A stretch of 63,973 nt of DNA, counting the filler, from Acetivibrio sp. (lineage in GTDB: Bacteria > Bacillota > Clostridia > Acetivibrionales > Acetivibrionaceae): NCBI RefSeq assembly GCF_035371925.1. It is 7 parts of 7 records of this genome, joined end to end, with 100 filler letters (N's around TTAATTAATTAA, not from the genome) between each part and the next. Parts side by side here need not be neighbours in the genome. Positions count along the whole stretch, not along the records: positions 41,623 to 51,648 come from NZ_DAORXT010000104.1; positions 51,749 to 61,305 come from NZ_DAORXT010000105.1; 5 more parts are not named here. One strand, 5' to 3'. Position 1 is the stretch's first letter, and each line of letters begins with the position of its first letter. A program made the translations under genes and the position numbers. The notes under the pieces were generated by a model. The model was not told where the DNA came from, made no database searches, and saw nothing but the letters and a program-made list of their open reading frames with translations. This document shows positions 51,594 to 61,405 of the stretch, one piece after another.

Positions 51594-51748
51594 GGCATGA
51601 AAATTTTATAAATGCGATAATGAACGCAAGAGAGGATGAGAAAAGCAANNNNNNNNNNNNNNNNNNNNNNNNNNNNNNNNNNNNNNNNNNNNTTAATTAA
51701 TTAANNNNNNNNNNNNNNNNNNNNNNNNNNNNNNNNNNNNNNNNNNNN

Positions 51749-53254
51749 AATTCAAAAAGAATTGTTATATTTATCAAAAACGGTACATACAAAGAAGTTG
51801 TTACAATAAGAAAAAACAACATTCATCTTATTGGAGAAAGCAACACGGGAACGATTATCACATATGACAATTATGCCGGTAAGCTAAAACCCGACGGTAC
51901 CACATACGGTACATCCGGCTCTGCATCATTCTATCTCTATGGAACTGATACAATTCTTGAAAATCTCACAATTGAAAATTCCTTTGATGAAAATATCAAT
52001 GTAAACGACAAACAAGCTGTAGCTGCTTATATTCGCGGTGACAGACAAATAATCAAAAATTGCATTTTTATCGGAAATCAGGATACTTTGTATGCCCATT
52101 CGGGAAGGCAATATTATGTGAACTGCAAGATTATCGGCGACACAGATTTTATATTTGGCGGTGCAACAGCTGTGTTTGACAAATGCGAAATTGTTTCCAC
52201 TCCAAGAGGCGGATACGTCACTGCCGCAAGCACTGATATCGAAAATTACGGATTCCTGTTTTTAAACTGTAACTTAACAAGCAGCGCTCCCAAAAATTCC
52301 ACATATCTCGGAAGGCCTTGGCGCCCCAATGCTTATGTAGTATACAAAACTTGTTATTTGGGAGCCCATATTAGAGAGGTTGGCTGGACCAGCATGAGCG
52401 GTAATCAACCTGAAAATGCACGTTTTTTTGAATACAAAAACACAGGCCCGGGAGCGGTAATCAATTCATCCAGAAGGCAGTTGTCCGATGCCGAAGCAGC
52501 AAAATTCACTCCTGAAAACCTGTTAAAAGGTACCGACAATTGGAATCCGATTGCGCTCTTATCTCAAACGCCATCTCCTGCACCCGGTCCTACACCAGTG
52601 CCCATGGAGGGACAATTGATAAAATCATTAATAATAAAGGATCAAACAAATGCGTCCAAATGGTCCATACAGTCAAACCTGAAAGTTGGAGATAATGTAT
52701 TCGGTGACAGGACATATAAATTTGTTTCAATCCCAAGCGAGCTCCTTGGCTCCGAATGGATCAGAACCGCCTGTGATTCAAAAACCTTCACATCGGATGC
52801 GGCGGTTTTTGGCGCCAAAACTGATATAACCGTATACGTTGGCCTGGATTCGAGAGTTGCAAATCCTCCGTCCTGGCTGGGCAGTTGGACTAAAACCTCT
52901 CTTTCCATAACCGATGACGGCTCACCCCAAGTTACCTACAACCTTTATAAAAAGGATTTTAGCTCAAATTCCGTCGTAACCCTTGGCCCCAACGGAACCT
53001 CATCCGGTGTTGTGAACTACATTGTGATAGTCAAAGAAAACAATCAAAGCATTGTATACGGTGACTTAAACGGTGATGGATTGGTGAATTCTAGCGACTA
53101 TTCGCTATTAAAAAGACATATTCTTAGACAAACAACTTTGTCACAGGACAAATTAACGGCGGCAGACTTAAACCGAAACGGCTCTGTCGACTCGGTAGAC
53201 TTGTCCATACTAAAAAGATTTTTATTAAAAACAATTACCAAATTGCCTTTATAA
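51749..53254 (+). CDS. Cellulosomal pectin methylesterase (CE8) plus X-module plus dockerin; 5' partial
   Basis: Frame is open from the contig start (NSKRIVIFIKNGTYKE...). CE8 motifs 'QAVA', 'QDTLY', 'DFIFG', 'YLGRPW'. C-terminal dockerin. Confidence 0.93.
   Translation, partial: NSKRIVIFIKNGTYKEVVTIRKNNIHLIGESNTGTIITYDNYAGKLKPDGTTYGTSGSASFYLYGTDTILENLTIENSFDENINVNDKQAVAAYIRGDRQIIKNCIFIGNQDTLYAHSGRQYYVNCKIIGDTDFIFGGATAVFDKCEIVSTPRGGYVTAASTDIENYGFLFLNCNLTSSAPKNSTYLGRPWRPNAYVVYKTCYLGAHIREVGWTSMSGNQPENARFFEYKNTGPGAVINSSRRQLSDAEAAKFTPENLLKGTDNWNPIALLSQTPSPAPGPTPVPMEGQLIKSLIIKDQTNASKWSIQSNLKVGDNVFGDRTYKFVSIPSELLGSEWIRTACDSKTFTSDAAVFGAKTDITVYVGLDSRVANPPSWLGSWTKTSLSITDDGSPQVTYNLYKKDFSSNSVVTLGPNGTSSGVVNYIVIVKENNQSIVYGDLNGDGLVNSSDYSLLKRHILRQTTLSQDKLTAADLNRNGSVDSVDLSILKRFLLKTITKLPL
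52581..53254 (+). repeat. 674-bp direct repeat, copy 1 (linker, X-module, dockerin)
   Basis: Near-identical to 54316-54989 (offset 1735). By eye there are 6 substitutions, all in the last ~100 nt. Confidence 0.95.
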
Positions 53255-53276
53255 TCTTTCAAGGAGGTTGATATAA

Positions 53277-54989
53277 ATGCTAAAAAGAAAAATTGCTCCA
53301 ATTCCAATTGCATTATGCATGGCAATGTTAGTATACCTTTTTTCTACAGTTGTTTTATTGCCACAAACAGCATTGGCTTCGACTCCTGACTGGGGCAGTA
53401 TCCTGAAAAAACCCGATTCTTGGTTTGGAAGTTCGGAAGGAATTGCACTTGCAGATGAAATTGTCAAATACCAGCTTTCGGACGGAGGATGGAGAAAAGA
53501 CATGACTGTAAGTACCAGCGGGTCATGGGGAAAATCAACCATTGACAATAATACAACCACCTCCCAAATTATTGTTTTGGCCAAAGTATACAAGCAAACC
53601 AACAACTCAAAATATCTGACTGCTTGCCAAAAGGGTATTGACCTTCTTCTAAACGGACAGTATTCAAACGGAGGATGGCCCCAGATATTCAACGACCCGG
53701 GAACCTACCATGCTCACATTACCTACAACGATAATGCCATGATTAATGTAATGAATTTATTAACCAATGTTTCCAAAAAATCCGGTGATTTCAGCTTTAT
53801 TGACTCAACCAGAGCATCAAGAGCCAAAACCGCTGTTGAAAAAGGAATAGATTGTATTCTCAAAACCCAGATTGTAGTCAATGGAGTTAAGACTGCATGG
53901 TGCCAGCAGCATGATGAAAAAACCTTAAAACCGACCAGCGGAAGGTCCTATGAATTGCCATCCATTTGCTCCAGCGAAAGTGTGGGTATAGTAAATTATC
54001 TAAAAACAATAGAAAACCCAAGTCCTGAAGTGATAGACAGTATTAATTCTGCTATTGCATGGTTTAAAAAAGTTCAAATCAACGGAATTAAAGTGGTTAA
54101 CACCGGAAATGACAGAATAGTTGTAAGCGATCCGTCTGCACCTCCAATCTGGGCACGTTTTTATGAAATTGGCACCAACAGGCCGATGTTTGTTGACCGT
54201 GACGGCTCAATCCATTACAATCTGTCCGAAATAAGCCAGGAAAGAAGAACCGGTTACGCATGGTATGGAGACTGGCCTAAAAAACTCGTTGAATCAGCAC
54301 CTGTACCAAGCCCTACACCCGGTCCTACACCAGTGCCCATGGAGGGACAATTGATAAAATCATTAATAATAAAGGATCAAACAAATGCGTCCAAATGGTC
54401 CATACAGTCAAACCTGAAAGTTGGAGATAATGTATTCGGTGACAGGACATATAAATTTGTTTCAATCCCAAGCGAGCTCCTTGGCTCCGAATGGATCAGA
54501 ACCGCCTGTGATTCAAAAACCTTCACATCGGATGCGGCGGTTTTTGGCGCCAAAACTGATATAACCGTATACGTTGGCCTGGATTCGAGAGTTGCAAATC
54601 CTCCGTCCTGGCTGGGCAGTTGGACTAAAACCTCTCTTTCCATAACCGATGACGGCTCACCCCAAGTTACCTACAACCTTTATAAAAAGGATTTTAGCTC
54701 AAATTCCGTCGTAACCCTTGGCCCCAACGGAACCTCATCCGGTGTTGTGAACTACATTGTGATAGTCAAAGAAAACAATCAAAGCATTGTATACGGTGAC
54801 TTAAACGGTGATGGATTGGTGAATTCTAGCGACTATTCGCTATTAAAAAGACATATTCTTAGACAAACAACTTTGTCACAGGACAAATTAATTGCGGCAG
54901 ACTTAAATCGAAACGGCTCTGTCGACTCGGTAGATTTGTCCATACTAAAAAGGTTTTTATTAAAAACAATTACCAAATTGCCTTTGTAA
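53277..54989 (+). CDS. Cellulosomal pectate lyase (PL10) plus X-module plus dockerin
   Basis: Signal peptide; PL10 motifs 'TIDNNTT', 'GGWPQ', 'ITYNDNAM', 'WCQQHD', 'ARFYE'. C-terminal dockerin. Confidence 0.92.
   Translation: MLKRKIAPIPIALCMAMLVYLFSTVVLLPQTALASTPDWGSILKKPDSWFGSSEGIALADEIVKYQLSDGGWRKDMTVSTSGSWGKSTIDNNTTTSQIIVLAKVYKQTNNSKYLTACQKGIDLLLNGQYSNGGWPQIFNDPGTYHAHITYNDNAMINVMNLLTNVSKKSGDFSFIDSTRASRAKTAVEKGIDCILKTQIVVNGVKTAWCQQHDEKTLKPTSGRSYELPSICSSESVGIVNYLKTIENPSPEVIDSINSAIAWFKKVQINGIKVVNTGNDRIVVSDPSAPPIWARFYEIGTNRPMFVDRDGSIHYNLSEISQERRTGYAWYGDWPKKLVESAPVPSPTPGPTPVPMEGQLIKSLIIKDQTNASKWSIQSNLKVGDNVFGDRTYKFVSIPSELLGSEWIRTACDSKTFTSDAAVFGAKTDITVYVGLDSRVANPPSWLGSWTKTSLSITDDGSPQVTYNLYKKDFSSNSVVTLGPNGTSSGVVNYIVIVKENNQSIVYGDLNGDGLVNSSDYSLLKRHILRQTTLSQDKLIAADLNRNGSVDSVDLSILKRFLLKTITKLPL
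54316..54989 (+). repeat. 674-bp direct repeat, copy 2
   Basis: Matches 52581-53254. Confidence 0.95.
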
Positions 54990-55071
54990 TTACCAAACTT
55001 GAAAGCTCCTATACCGTTAACTTTTTTATTTAAAATACGAAATCAAAATCTTTATAGCCGGTAATTTTAAA

Positions 55072-55106
55072 AAAAATCTGCAGGAATGCTGTCCCTGCAG
55101 ATTTTT
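55072..55106. terminator. Bidirectional terminator
   Basis: AAAAATCTGCAGG...CCTGCAGATTTTT between convergent genes. Confidence 0.85.
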
Positions 55107-55121
55107 ACTTACCTTTTCACG

Positions 55122-55964
55122 TTATTTTCCGATAAACATTTGCACAAACATCTTGCCGTATTGAGGACTTTCCACAACACCGATTCCGGTGTAATTGAAA
55201 TTGGCATTTAATATATTCTTCCTATGTCCTTCCGAGTTCATCCAAGCCTGAACAGCTCCCTCTACCGTACGATTTCCTGCAATATTTTCTCCTGCTGTTC
55301 TAAAGCTTATGTTAAACTGCCTCATCATGTCAAAAGGAGAACCGTATGTCGGGGACTGGTGCGAGAAATAGTTCTTTTCAACCATGTCCTTTGCCTTGAG
55401 TCTAGCCACCTTCTGAAGCTCTGCATCAATCTTAAGCGGCTCAAGTCCTGCTTTTGCTCTCTCCTTGTTGATAAGTTCCAGTGTCAGCTGTTCATCTGCA
55501 TTTAAGCCTGTAACCGGTGTTGCAGGTGCCTGAGCGGTCGGACTTGCCTTAGCTGCAGTGGCCGGTGCAGGTGAAGCTTTTGCCGGTGTTGGTGCAGGTG
55601 CCTTCGGTGCTGAAGTTTTCGTTGGTTTTTTGGTTGTGGTACCGGTAGTAGTACCCTGCTGCTTGATATACTTTGAAGAAACTGCTCCCACGCATCCGCT
55701 CGCGGGTTCATAAACTGCGTACCAATCCCCCAATTTCCCAAACACATTCACAGTTTGTCCTTTCTTAAGTACACATACAACTGGAAATTTGGTAGACGGA
55801 CCCTGCCTTACATTCAAGCTGTCTGCAGTCACCACTCCGGTTACAAAGTTTACCTTCTGGAAGGTAGTAGCTGCCGAAGCATTTTGGAAACCAAGTCCCA
55901 AAAGACCCGTGCCCCCCGTAAGGACAAGAGCGAGAACAACTAGTAAGACTATCTTCCTTTTCAT
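55122..55964 (-). CDS. Secreted SH3b plus CAP/SCP-domain protein (YkwD-like)
   Basis: Signal peptide; SH3b 'LNVRQGPST', Pro/Ala/Thr linker, CAP 'YFSHQSPTYGSPF...GENIA...WMNSEGHRKNIL'. Confidence 0.9.
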   Translation of the reverse strand: MKRKIVLLVVLALVLTGGTGLLGLGFQNASAATTFQKVNFVTGVVTADSLNVRQGPSTKFPVVCVLKKGQTVNVFGKLGDWYAVYEPASGCVGAVSSKYIKQQGTTTGTTTKKPTKTSAPKAPAPTPAKASPAPATAAKASPTAQAPATPVTGLNADEQLTLELINKERAKAGLEPLKIDAELQKVARLKAKDMVEKNYFSHQSPTYGSPFDMMRQFNISFRTAGENIAGNRTVEGAVQAWMNSEGHRKNILNANFNYTGIGVVESPQYGKMFVQMFIGK

Positions 55965-56183
55965 AAAATCCCTCCAAGTCATCAAATTAAACATACAATT
56001 AAAATAAGATTATAGTTGGTTATACAGTGTTGATTATAGTATTGACAAATTTAAATGAATTATTTACATAAGCAAACTATAAAATAAAAAACTTTATATA
56101 AAAAAAAGAGTACCGCATGTAAAACACGCAATACTCTTCGTTTAAGCAGTAAAAATCAAACCTTTGAGCTTTGAATTTTCCCG

Positions 56184-57902
56184 TTATTTTTTAAGGCCTT
56201 CCGCCACTTCCTCTTTTGCTTTTGCAATTGCTTCCTCATATGGGATTGCAACAAAGTCCTTCTCACGTCTCAGCTTATATTCAACAATGCCTTCTCCTGC
56301 TTTTTTACCTACAGTTATCCTTATCGGAATACCAATAAGGTCGGCATCCTTGAATTTAACTCCCGGCCTTTCATCCCTGTCATCCAGCAATACCTCAATA
56401 CCCAATTCGCCAAGCTGAGCATATATCTTTTCCGCCAGCTCCATCTGGACACTGTCGGTAGGATTCACCGGTATTACAATTACATGGTACGGTGCAATAG
56501 ATATAGGCCAAATTATTCCGTTTTCATCGTTATTCTGCTCAATTACAGCAGCCATGCTTCTGTTTATTCCTATGCCGTAGCATCCCATAATCATCGGTTT
56601 TTCCTTGCCGGTTTCATCAAGATACACACAATTTAATGCGTCCGAATACTTGGTTCCAAGCTTGAATATGTGTCCAACCTCAATACCGAATTCAACCTTT
56701 ACGCCGGCTCCGCATTTAGGACACGCATCTCCCTCTTTGATTGTCCTAATATCCTTTACATATTTGGCTTTAAAGTCCCTGTTTATATTAACATTCTTGT
56801 AATGGAAGCCTGTGTCATTTGCTCCCGCCACAAAGTTCTTCATTTCAGCGACCTCAAGGTCAACGATAATATCAATATCCAGGCCTATAGGACCTGCAAA
56901 ACCGACAGCTGCGCCCGTCACCTTCTCTACCGTTTCGGCATCTGCCATTTCAAGCTCTATGCAGCCCAAGATATTCTGAAGCTTTGTCTCATTCAGCTCC
57001 CTGTCCCCTCTTACCATGGCAGCAACTACTTTATCATCTGCTTTATATATAAGGGTCTTCGCAAATTCCTTTGCAGAGCAGCCGAAGAATTCCATAAGCT
57101 CCTCAATGGTGCGCACGTTCGGGGTTGCAACCTTCTCCATCTCCAATTCTTCACAGCACTCTTTGCCATCGCAGCACTTTTCGGGTATGCACTCAGCCTT
57201 TTCATCATTGGCTGCATAACCGCAGGCGTCACAATATGCAATACGGGACTCTCCGATTGCCGACTTTACCATAAACTCCTGTGAGCCGGAGCCACCCATC
57301 GCTCCTGTGTCTGCATCCACAATGATATAGTCCAATCCCAGACGGTCAAATATCCTGCAATATGCATCATACATCTTTTGGTAGGATATGTCGAGACCTG
57401 CCTCATCCCTGTCAAAGCTGTATGCATCCTTCATCACAAACTCTCTTGACCTCATTACGCCAAATCTCGGTCTTCTCTCATCCCTGTACTTTGTCTGAAT
57501 TTGATAGAGGGTAAGGGGAAGAGACCTGTACGACTTTGTGACACTTTTTACAGTTTCGGTGAATATTTCTTCGTGGGTTGGTCCAAGGCAAAAATCCCTG
57601 CCGCCTCTGTCCTTGAGCCTAAACATTTCCGCCCCGAATACCTCCCATCTTCCCGATGCCTGGTACGATTCGGCGGGAAGGAGTGCCGACATTATCAGTT
57701 CCTGGGCACCTGCCCTGTCCATTTCTTCCCTTACAATCTGCTCAACCTTCCTAAATACCCTGTAGCCCAAAGGTAAAAAGGAATAGATTCCCGATGCCAG
57801 CTTTCTCATAAGTCCGGCCCTCAGCATAAGCTGGTGACTTGCTATTTCAGCTTCCGCCGGAACTTCTCTTAATGTTTGAAAAAACATATTGGAAACTCTC
57901 AT
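56184..57902 (-). CDS. proS: Proline--tRNA ligase (bacterial type with editing insertion)
   Basis: 'LGPTHEE', 'RDERRPRFG', '[10 protein letters not shown]', 'MGCYGIG'. Confidence 0.98.
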   Translation of the reverse strand: MRVSNMFFQTLREVPAEAEIASHQLMLRAGLMRKLASGIYSFLPLGYRVFRKVEQIVREEMDRAGAQELIMSALLPAESYQASGRWEVFGAEMFRLKDRGGRDFCLGPTHEEIFTETVKSVTKSYRSLPLTLYQIQTKYRDERRPRFGVMRSREFVMKDAYSFDRDEAGLDISYQKMYDAYCRIFDRLGLDYIIVDADTGAMGGSGSQEFMVKSAIGESRIAYCDACGYAANDEKAECIPEKCCDGKECCEELEMEKVATPNVRTIEELMEFFGCSAKEFAKTLIYKADDKVVAAMVRGDRELNETKLQNILGCIELEMADAETVEKVTGAAVGFAGPIGLDIDIIVDLEVAEMKNFVAGANDTGFHYKNVNINRDFKAKYVKDIRTIKEGDACPKCGAGVKVEFGIEVGHIFKLGTKYSDALNCVYLDETGKEKPMIMGCYGIGINRSMAAVIEQNNDENGIIWPISIAPYHVIVIPVNPTDSVQMELAEKIYAQLGELGIEVLLDDRDERPGVKFKDADLIGIPIRITVGKKAGEGIVEYKLRREKDFVAIPYEEAIAKAKEEVAEGLKK

Positions 57903-57968
57903 GACTTAAAAAAACCTCCTTATAAAATAAAACATGAAATATTAAACCAACATAATTTGCTTCACATT

Positions 57969-58255
57969 AAAAAATCCGTCCACTGCTATGGGACGGAGTG
58001 TTGTTTTCCGCGGTACCACCCAAATTGGTAAACCCCTGCTCTATATACCTGTAACGGAGTATAGCCGGCAGTCTTGTAAACTGCATCTCCGGGGTGGGAA
58101 GAAAGTTTATTGCTTGGGAGCTCTCGCAGCCATGAATAAATAAAATCCTTCAAGGAAGCTTATTTACCCATGAAGCTCCTTCTCTTGAAGCCTGCCCTTT
58201 CGCAGCCCCTTCATAGACCATATAAACATATATTCCTTTTGTTATTTGTCTTTGA
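57969..58255 (-). promoter_or_regulatory. T-box riboswitch leader of proS with its terminator
   Basis: T-box AATTTGGGTGGTACCGCGG (58008-58026), then a terminator TCCGTCC...GGACGGA-TTTTTT (57969-57998). The 5' boundary is approximate. Confidence 0.88.
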
Positions 58256-58441
58256 TATTCAAATTACTATATTTTATATATTAATATACCTGCCATACTA
58301 TGTCAATATACATGAAAAGCACAAAAAACTTGGGGTCTCTTGCCTGTTATTGATTAGTACGATATAATCGTGAAAGAATATTAAAATCCAATTAACAGCA
58401 ATATAATACCGATAACAAATAATAAAAAGGAATGATTACGG

Positions 58442-58912
58442 ATGAAAGTTGGAATAGGTCAGGACAGCCACAGGTTTGATTTTGATGACAAAGATAAAAA
58501 GCTCGTGCTTGGAGGAGTGGTATTGGAAGGCTACCCGCCGCTTAAAGGAAACAGCGATGCGGATGTTGTACTCCACTCTATCACCAATGCAATTTCCGGG
58601 GTTACCTGCGTAAACATACTTGGAAAAATCAGCGATGAGCTCTGCCTTGAAAAAGGTATAACCGACAGCAAAGTTTATCTGAAAGAGGCTCTTAAGTATT
58701 TAAACGGTCAGAAAATAGTTCACGTATCGATATCCATAGAATGCCTTACTCCAAAAATCACTCCCCATATTCCGGCAATCAGAAGCAGTATATCAAAGCT
58801 TTTGGACATACCGGAAAATTCCGTAGGTATAACCGCCACCACCGGGGAGGGCCTTACCCAATTCGGCCAGGGGCTGGGTATCCAGGTATTCAGCTGTGTT
58901 ACAGTGGAGTAA
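58442..58912 (+). CDS. ispF: 2-C-methyl-D-erythritol 2,4-cyclodiphosphate synthase
   Basis: 'GIGQDSH', 'SDADVVLH', 'ITATTGEGL'. Confidence 0.93.
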   Translation: MKVGIGQDSHRFDFDDKDKKLVLGGVVLEGYPPLKGNSDADVVLHSITNAISGVTCVNILGKISDELCLEKGITDSKVYLKEALKYLNGQKIVHVSISIECLTPKITPHIPAIRSSISKLLDIPENSVGITATTGEGLTQFGQGLGIQVFSCVTVE

Positions 58913-58917
58913 AGCTT

Positions 58918-60741
58918 TTATCCCTTAATGGGTATGCTGATATTTACGGAGGTTCCCTCTCCTTCTTTGCTGTCAATGGTCATAGTTCCACCAAACCTTC
59001 CTTTTATGGTGGAATAGGCCATATACACTCCTATCCCCGTACCTCTTGCTCCCTTGGTTGTCACCATTTCTTTAAACAGCTTGTTCTTTACGCTCTCGGG
59101 AATTCCGCACCCATAATCCCTCAAGGTAATCTCCAGGTTATGTCCTTTTCTATTGAATATAATATCAATCTTTCCTCCCCTGCCGTTATATGACTCAATG
59201 GAATTGGTAATTATATTGTTCATTACCTGAATCATATTGTTTATTTCTCCTCTTATCTCGGTGTCTCCGCTCACTCTAATGTCCACATTCATTTCACAGT
59301 TCCAGCGCTCAATCTCATAGCTCATAAGTATTTTGACGTTTTTAATCAATTCATCAACAGTAAATATTCCATCCGTTGACTCGTTGAAGTTAACAGCCTG
59401 ACCCTTTACGGCAGATATTTCATCCGAAATATACGAGCAATATGGTTTTATACTGTCCAACCATTGTTTCATTTTCAAAGCAATTTCATGCCTTGCCGCA
59501 TCCGATACACTATCGTCTTCAATAGACTTTTCATATTCGTCCACAAGATTGTTCAATTCATTCAGTCCTCTGGATATTGACATAATAGGAGTGCTGAAGC
59601 TCTGCGCTATTCCGCCTATAAGCTGTCCCAAAGATGCAAGCCTCTCCCTCTCCATAATAATAGAGTGTTTTCTTTCATATCTTTTTTCCAGATGAACATT
59701 ATAAAGACTTGTAATTATCAAAGAAATCGCAAATCCAATAATAACGCATATCAAACCGATTGCATAAGAAGCATGTTGGGTACTTTCTATACCCGATGTT
59801 ATGATATCAACAGGTGTCATAGCAAACACTGTCCACCCCAACTCAACCCCGTTTGTGTTGTCAATTGTATGGAAAGTCAATAAATAATCTTTACCGTTTA
59901 TGTTCTTAATAGACGTTCCGTTTTTCTGCTTTATTATTTCCTCAATGTACAATTCATACTTTACATAATCCACTTTTCCGTTTTGAATTCTGTTAAGAGG
60001 ATTCATCACATAGTTGCCGTCTTTGCCTACGATATACAGTTGTCCCTCATCGGGAAGCTTTATGTCGGATATGAGATTGTATATGTGCGATTCTTTTATA
60101 TTGAGTATAAGCATGCCAATTTTCTCATTGTTTTCTCCTTTAATGCTTTTCATATTTGATATGGCCAGTTGATTGCCTGTATGGGTACCGGTGGATGCCA
60201 CCTCAGTTTGATATGTGTCAAGCCACAATGAATCCATTCCGCTTTGCTGAAATCTCCGTACTGCATAGTAGGCCAGCACATTGTCCGTAGTCTGCGGTCT
60301 CGTCTCTCCTGAAGTAATGTACTCTCCGGTATTCGTAATCACTGCTATGTCTGCAATGTCTATTCTCGTATTGGTATAACCGTTTAGTATGTCTTCTATT
60401 TCTCTTCTGTTTGCTGCCCTTTTATGCTCATTATCCAGTTTGACGTGGGCTTTTACAAGTTTATCGAATTTTTCGTTGGTCAAAATTTCGTTTGATATAT
60501 TGTCAAATCCGGTCATTATAGTTTCAATATTATTGGAAATTTGCTTAATAAGCTCGAAGTTATCGTCAGCAGTATGATGTATCATGTCAGCCGATATCAT
60601 GTTATAAGAAAGATATCCCAATAATGTTGTGGAAACCAATACAATCAAACCAAAACAAATATTGAACCTTATCTGTTTTTTTATTCCTTGTATATTTAGT
60701 TTTTTCAAAACATTTTTCAACATTTTGATAACCTTTGCCAT
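58918..60741 (-). CDS. Membrane sensor histidine kinase-like protein (Cache-like sensor, HATPase) lacking the H-box histidine
   Basis: Two TMs flanking an extracytoplasmic domain. H-box region reads 'GQLIGGIAQSFSTP'. N box 'NIITNSIES', G1 'DYGCGI', G2 'GTGIG'. Confidence 0.88.
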   Translation of the reverse strand: MAKVIKMLKNVLKKLNIQGIKKQIRFNICFGLIVLVSTTLLGYLSYNMISADMIHHTADDNFELIKQISNNIETIMTGFDNISNEILTNEKFDKLVKAHVKLDNEHKRAANRREIEDILNGYTNTRIDIADIAVITNTGEYITSGETRPQTTDNVLAYYAVRRFQQSGMDSLWLDTYQTEVASTGTHTGNQLAISNMKSIKGENNEKIGMLILNIKESHIYNLISDIKLPDEGQLYIVGKDGNYVMNPLNRIQNGKVDYVKYELYIEEIIKQKNGTSIKNINGKDYLLTFHTIDNTNGVELGWTVFAMTPVDIITSGIESTQHASYAIGLICVIIGFAISLIITSLYNVHLEKRYERKHSIIMERERLASLGQLIGGIAQSFSTPIMSISRGLNELNNLVDEYEKSIEDDSVSDAARHEIALKMKQWLDSIKPYCSYISDEISAVKGQAVNFNESTDGIFTVDELIKNVKILMSYEIERWNCEMNVDIRVSGDTEIRGEINNMIQVMNNIITNSIESYNGRGGKIDIIFNRKGHNLEITLRDYGCGIPESVKNKLFKEMVTTKGARGTGIGVYMAYSTIKGRFGGTMTIDSKEGEGTSVNISIPIKG

Positions 60742-60763
60742 TTTACACGCTCCCACCCGTTCA

Positions 60764-61250
60764 TTAAGCTTTGGCAGTAAAAGGAATCAATATGGATATT
60801 TCCGTTCCTTTTCCTTCCTCACTCTTAATTTTCATTGTCCCGCCAAACTTCCCTTTAATCGTTGAGTGAGACATATAAAGCCCAAGTCCCGTTCCGTTCT
60901 TTCCCTTGGTCGTTATCATTTCTTTTAAAAGCTTCTTTCTCACATTTTCCGGTATTCCGCTTCCATAATCTCTTATAACTATTTCCACCTCTTGGGTATT
61001 TTTACTGATTAACAGGTCTATTTTTCCTTCCTTTCCGTTGTAAGACTCAATAGAATTGGAAATAAGGTTGTTCATTACCTGAACAAGGTTGTTTATTTCT
61101 CCCTTTATTTGCGTGTTCTCATCCACTCTTATATCTATTCTCAGCTCGCAGGAAAACTTCTTAAGCTCGTGGCTCATTAAAATTTCAACTCTTTTTAACA
61201 GCTCTCCCACCGTAAAGCTTATGTTCTCCGATTCATTCATGTTGTCGGCC
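60764..61250 (-). pseudogene. C-terminal HATPase part of a paralogous histidine kinase, 5' end lost at the contig end
   Basis: Closely similar to the C-terminus of 58918-60741 ('GEINNLVQVMNNLISNSIESY', 'GTGLG'). Homology stops near 61250. Confidence 0.7.
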
Positions 61251-61405
61251 TGCGTGGAGAGTATAAAAGGAATATATTTACTTTTTAGGCAGGTAAATAC
61301 AGAACNNNNNNNNNNNNNNNNNNNNNNNNNNNNNNNNNNNNNNNNNNNNTTAATTAATTAANNNNNNNNNNNNNNNNNNNNNNNNNNNNNNNNNNNNNNN
61401 NNNNN

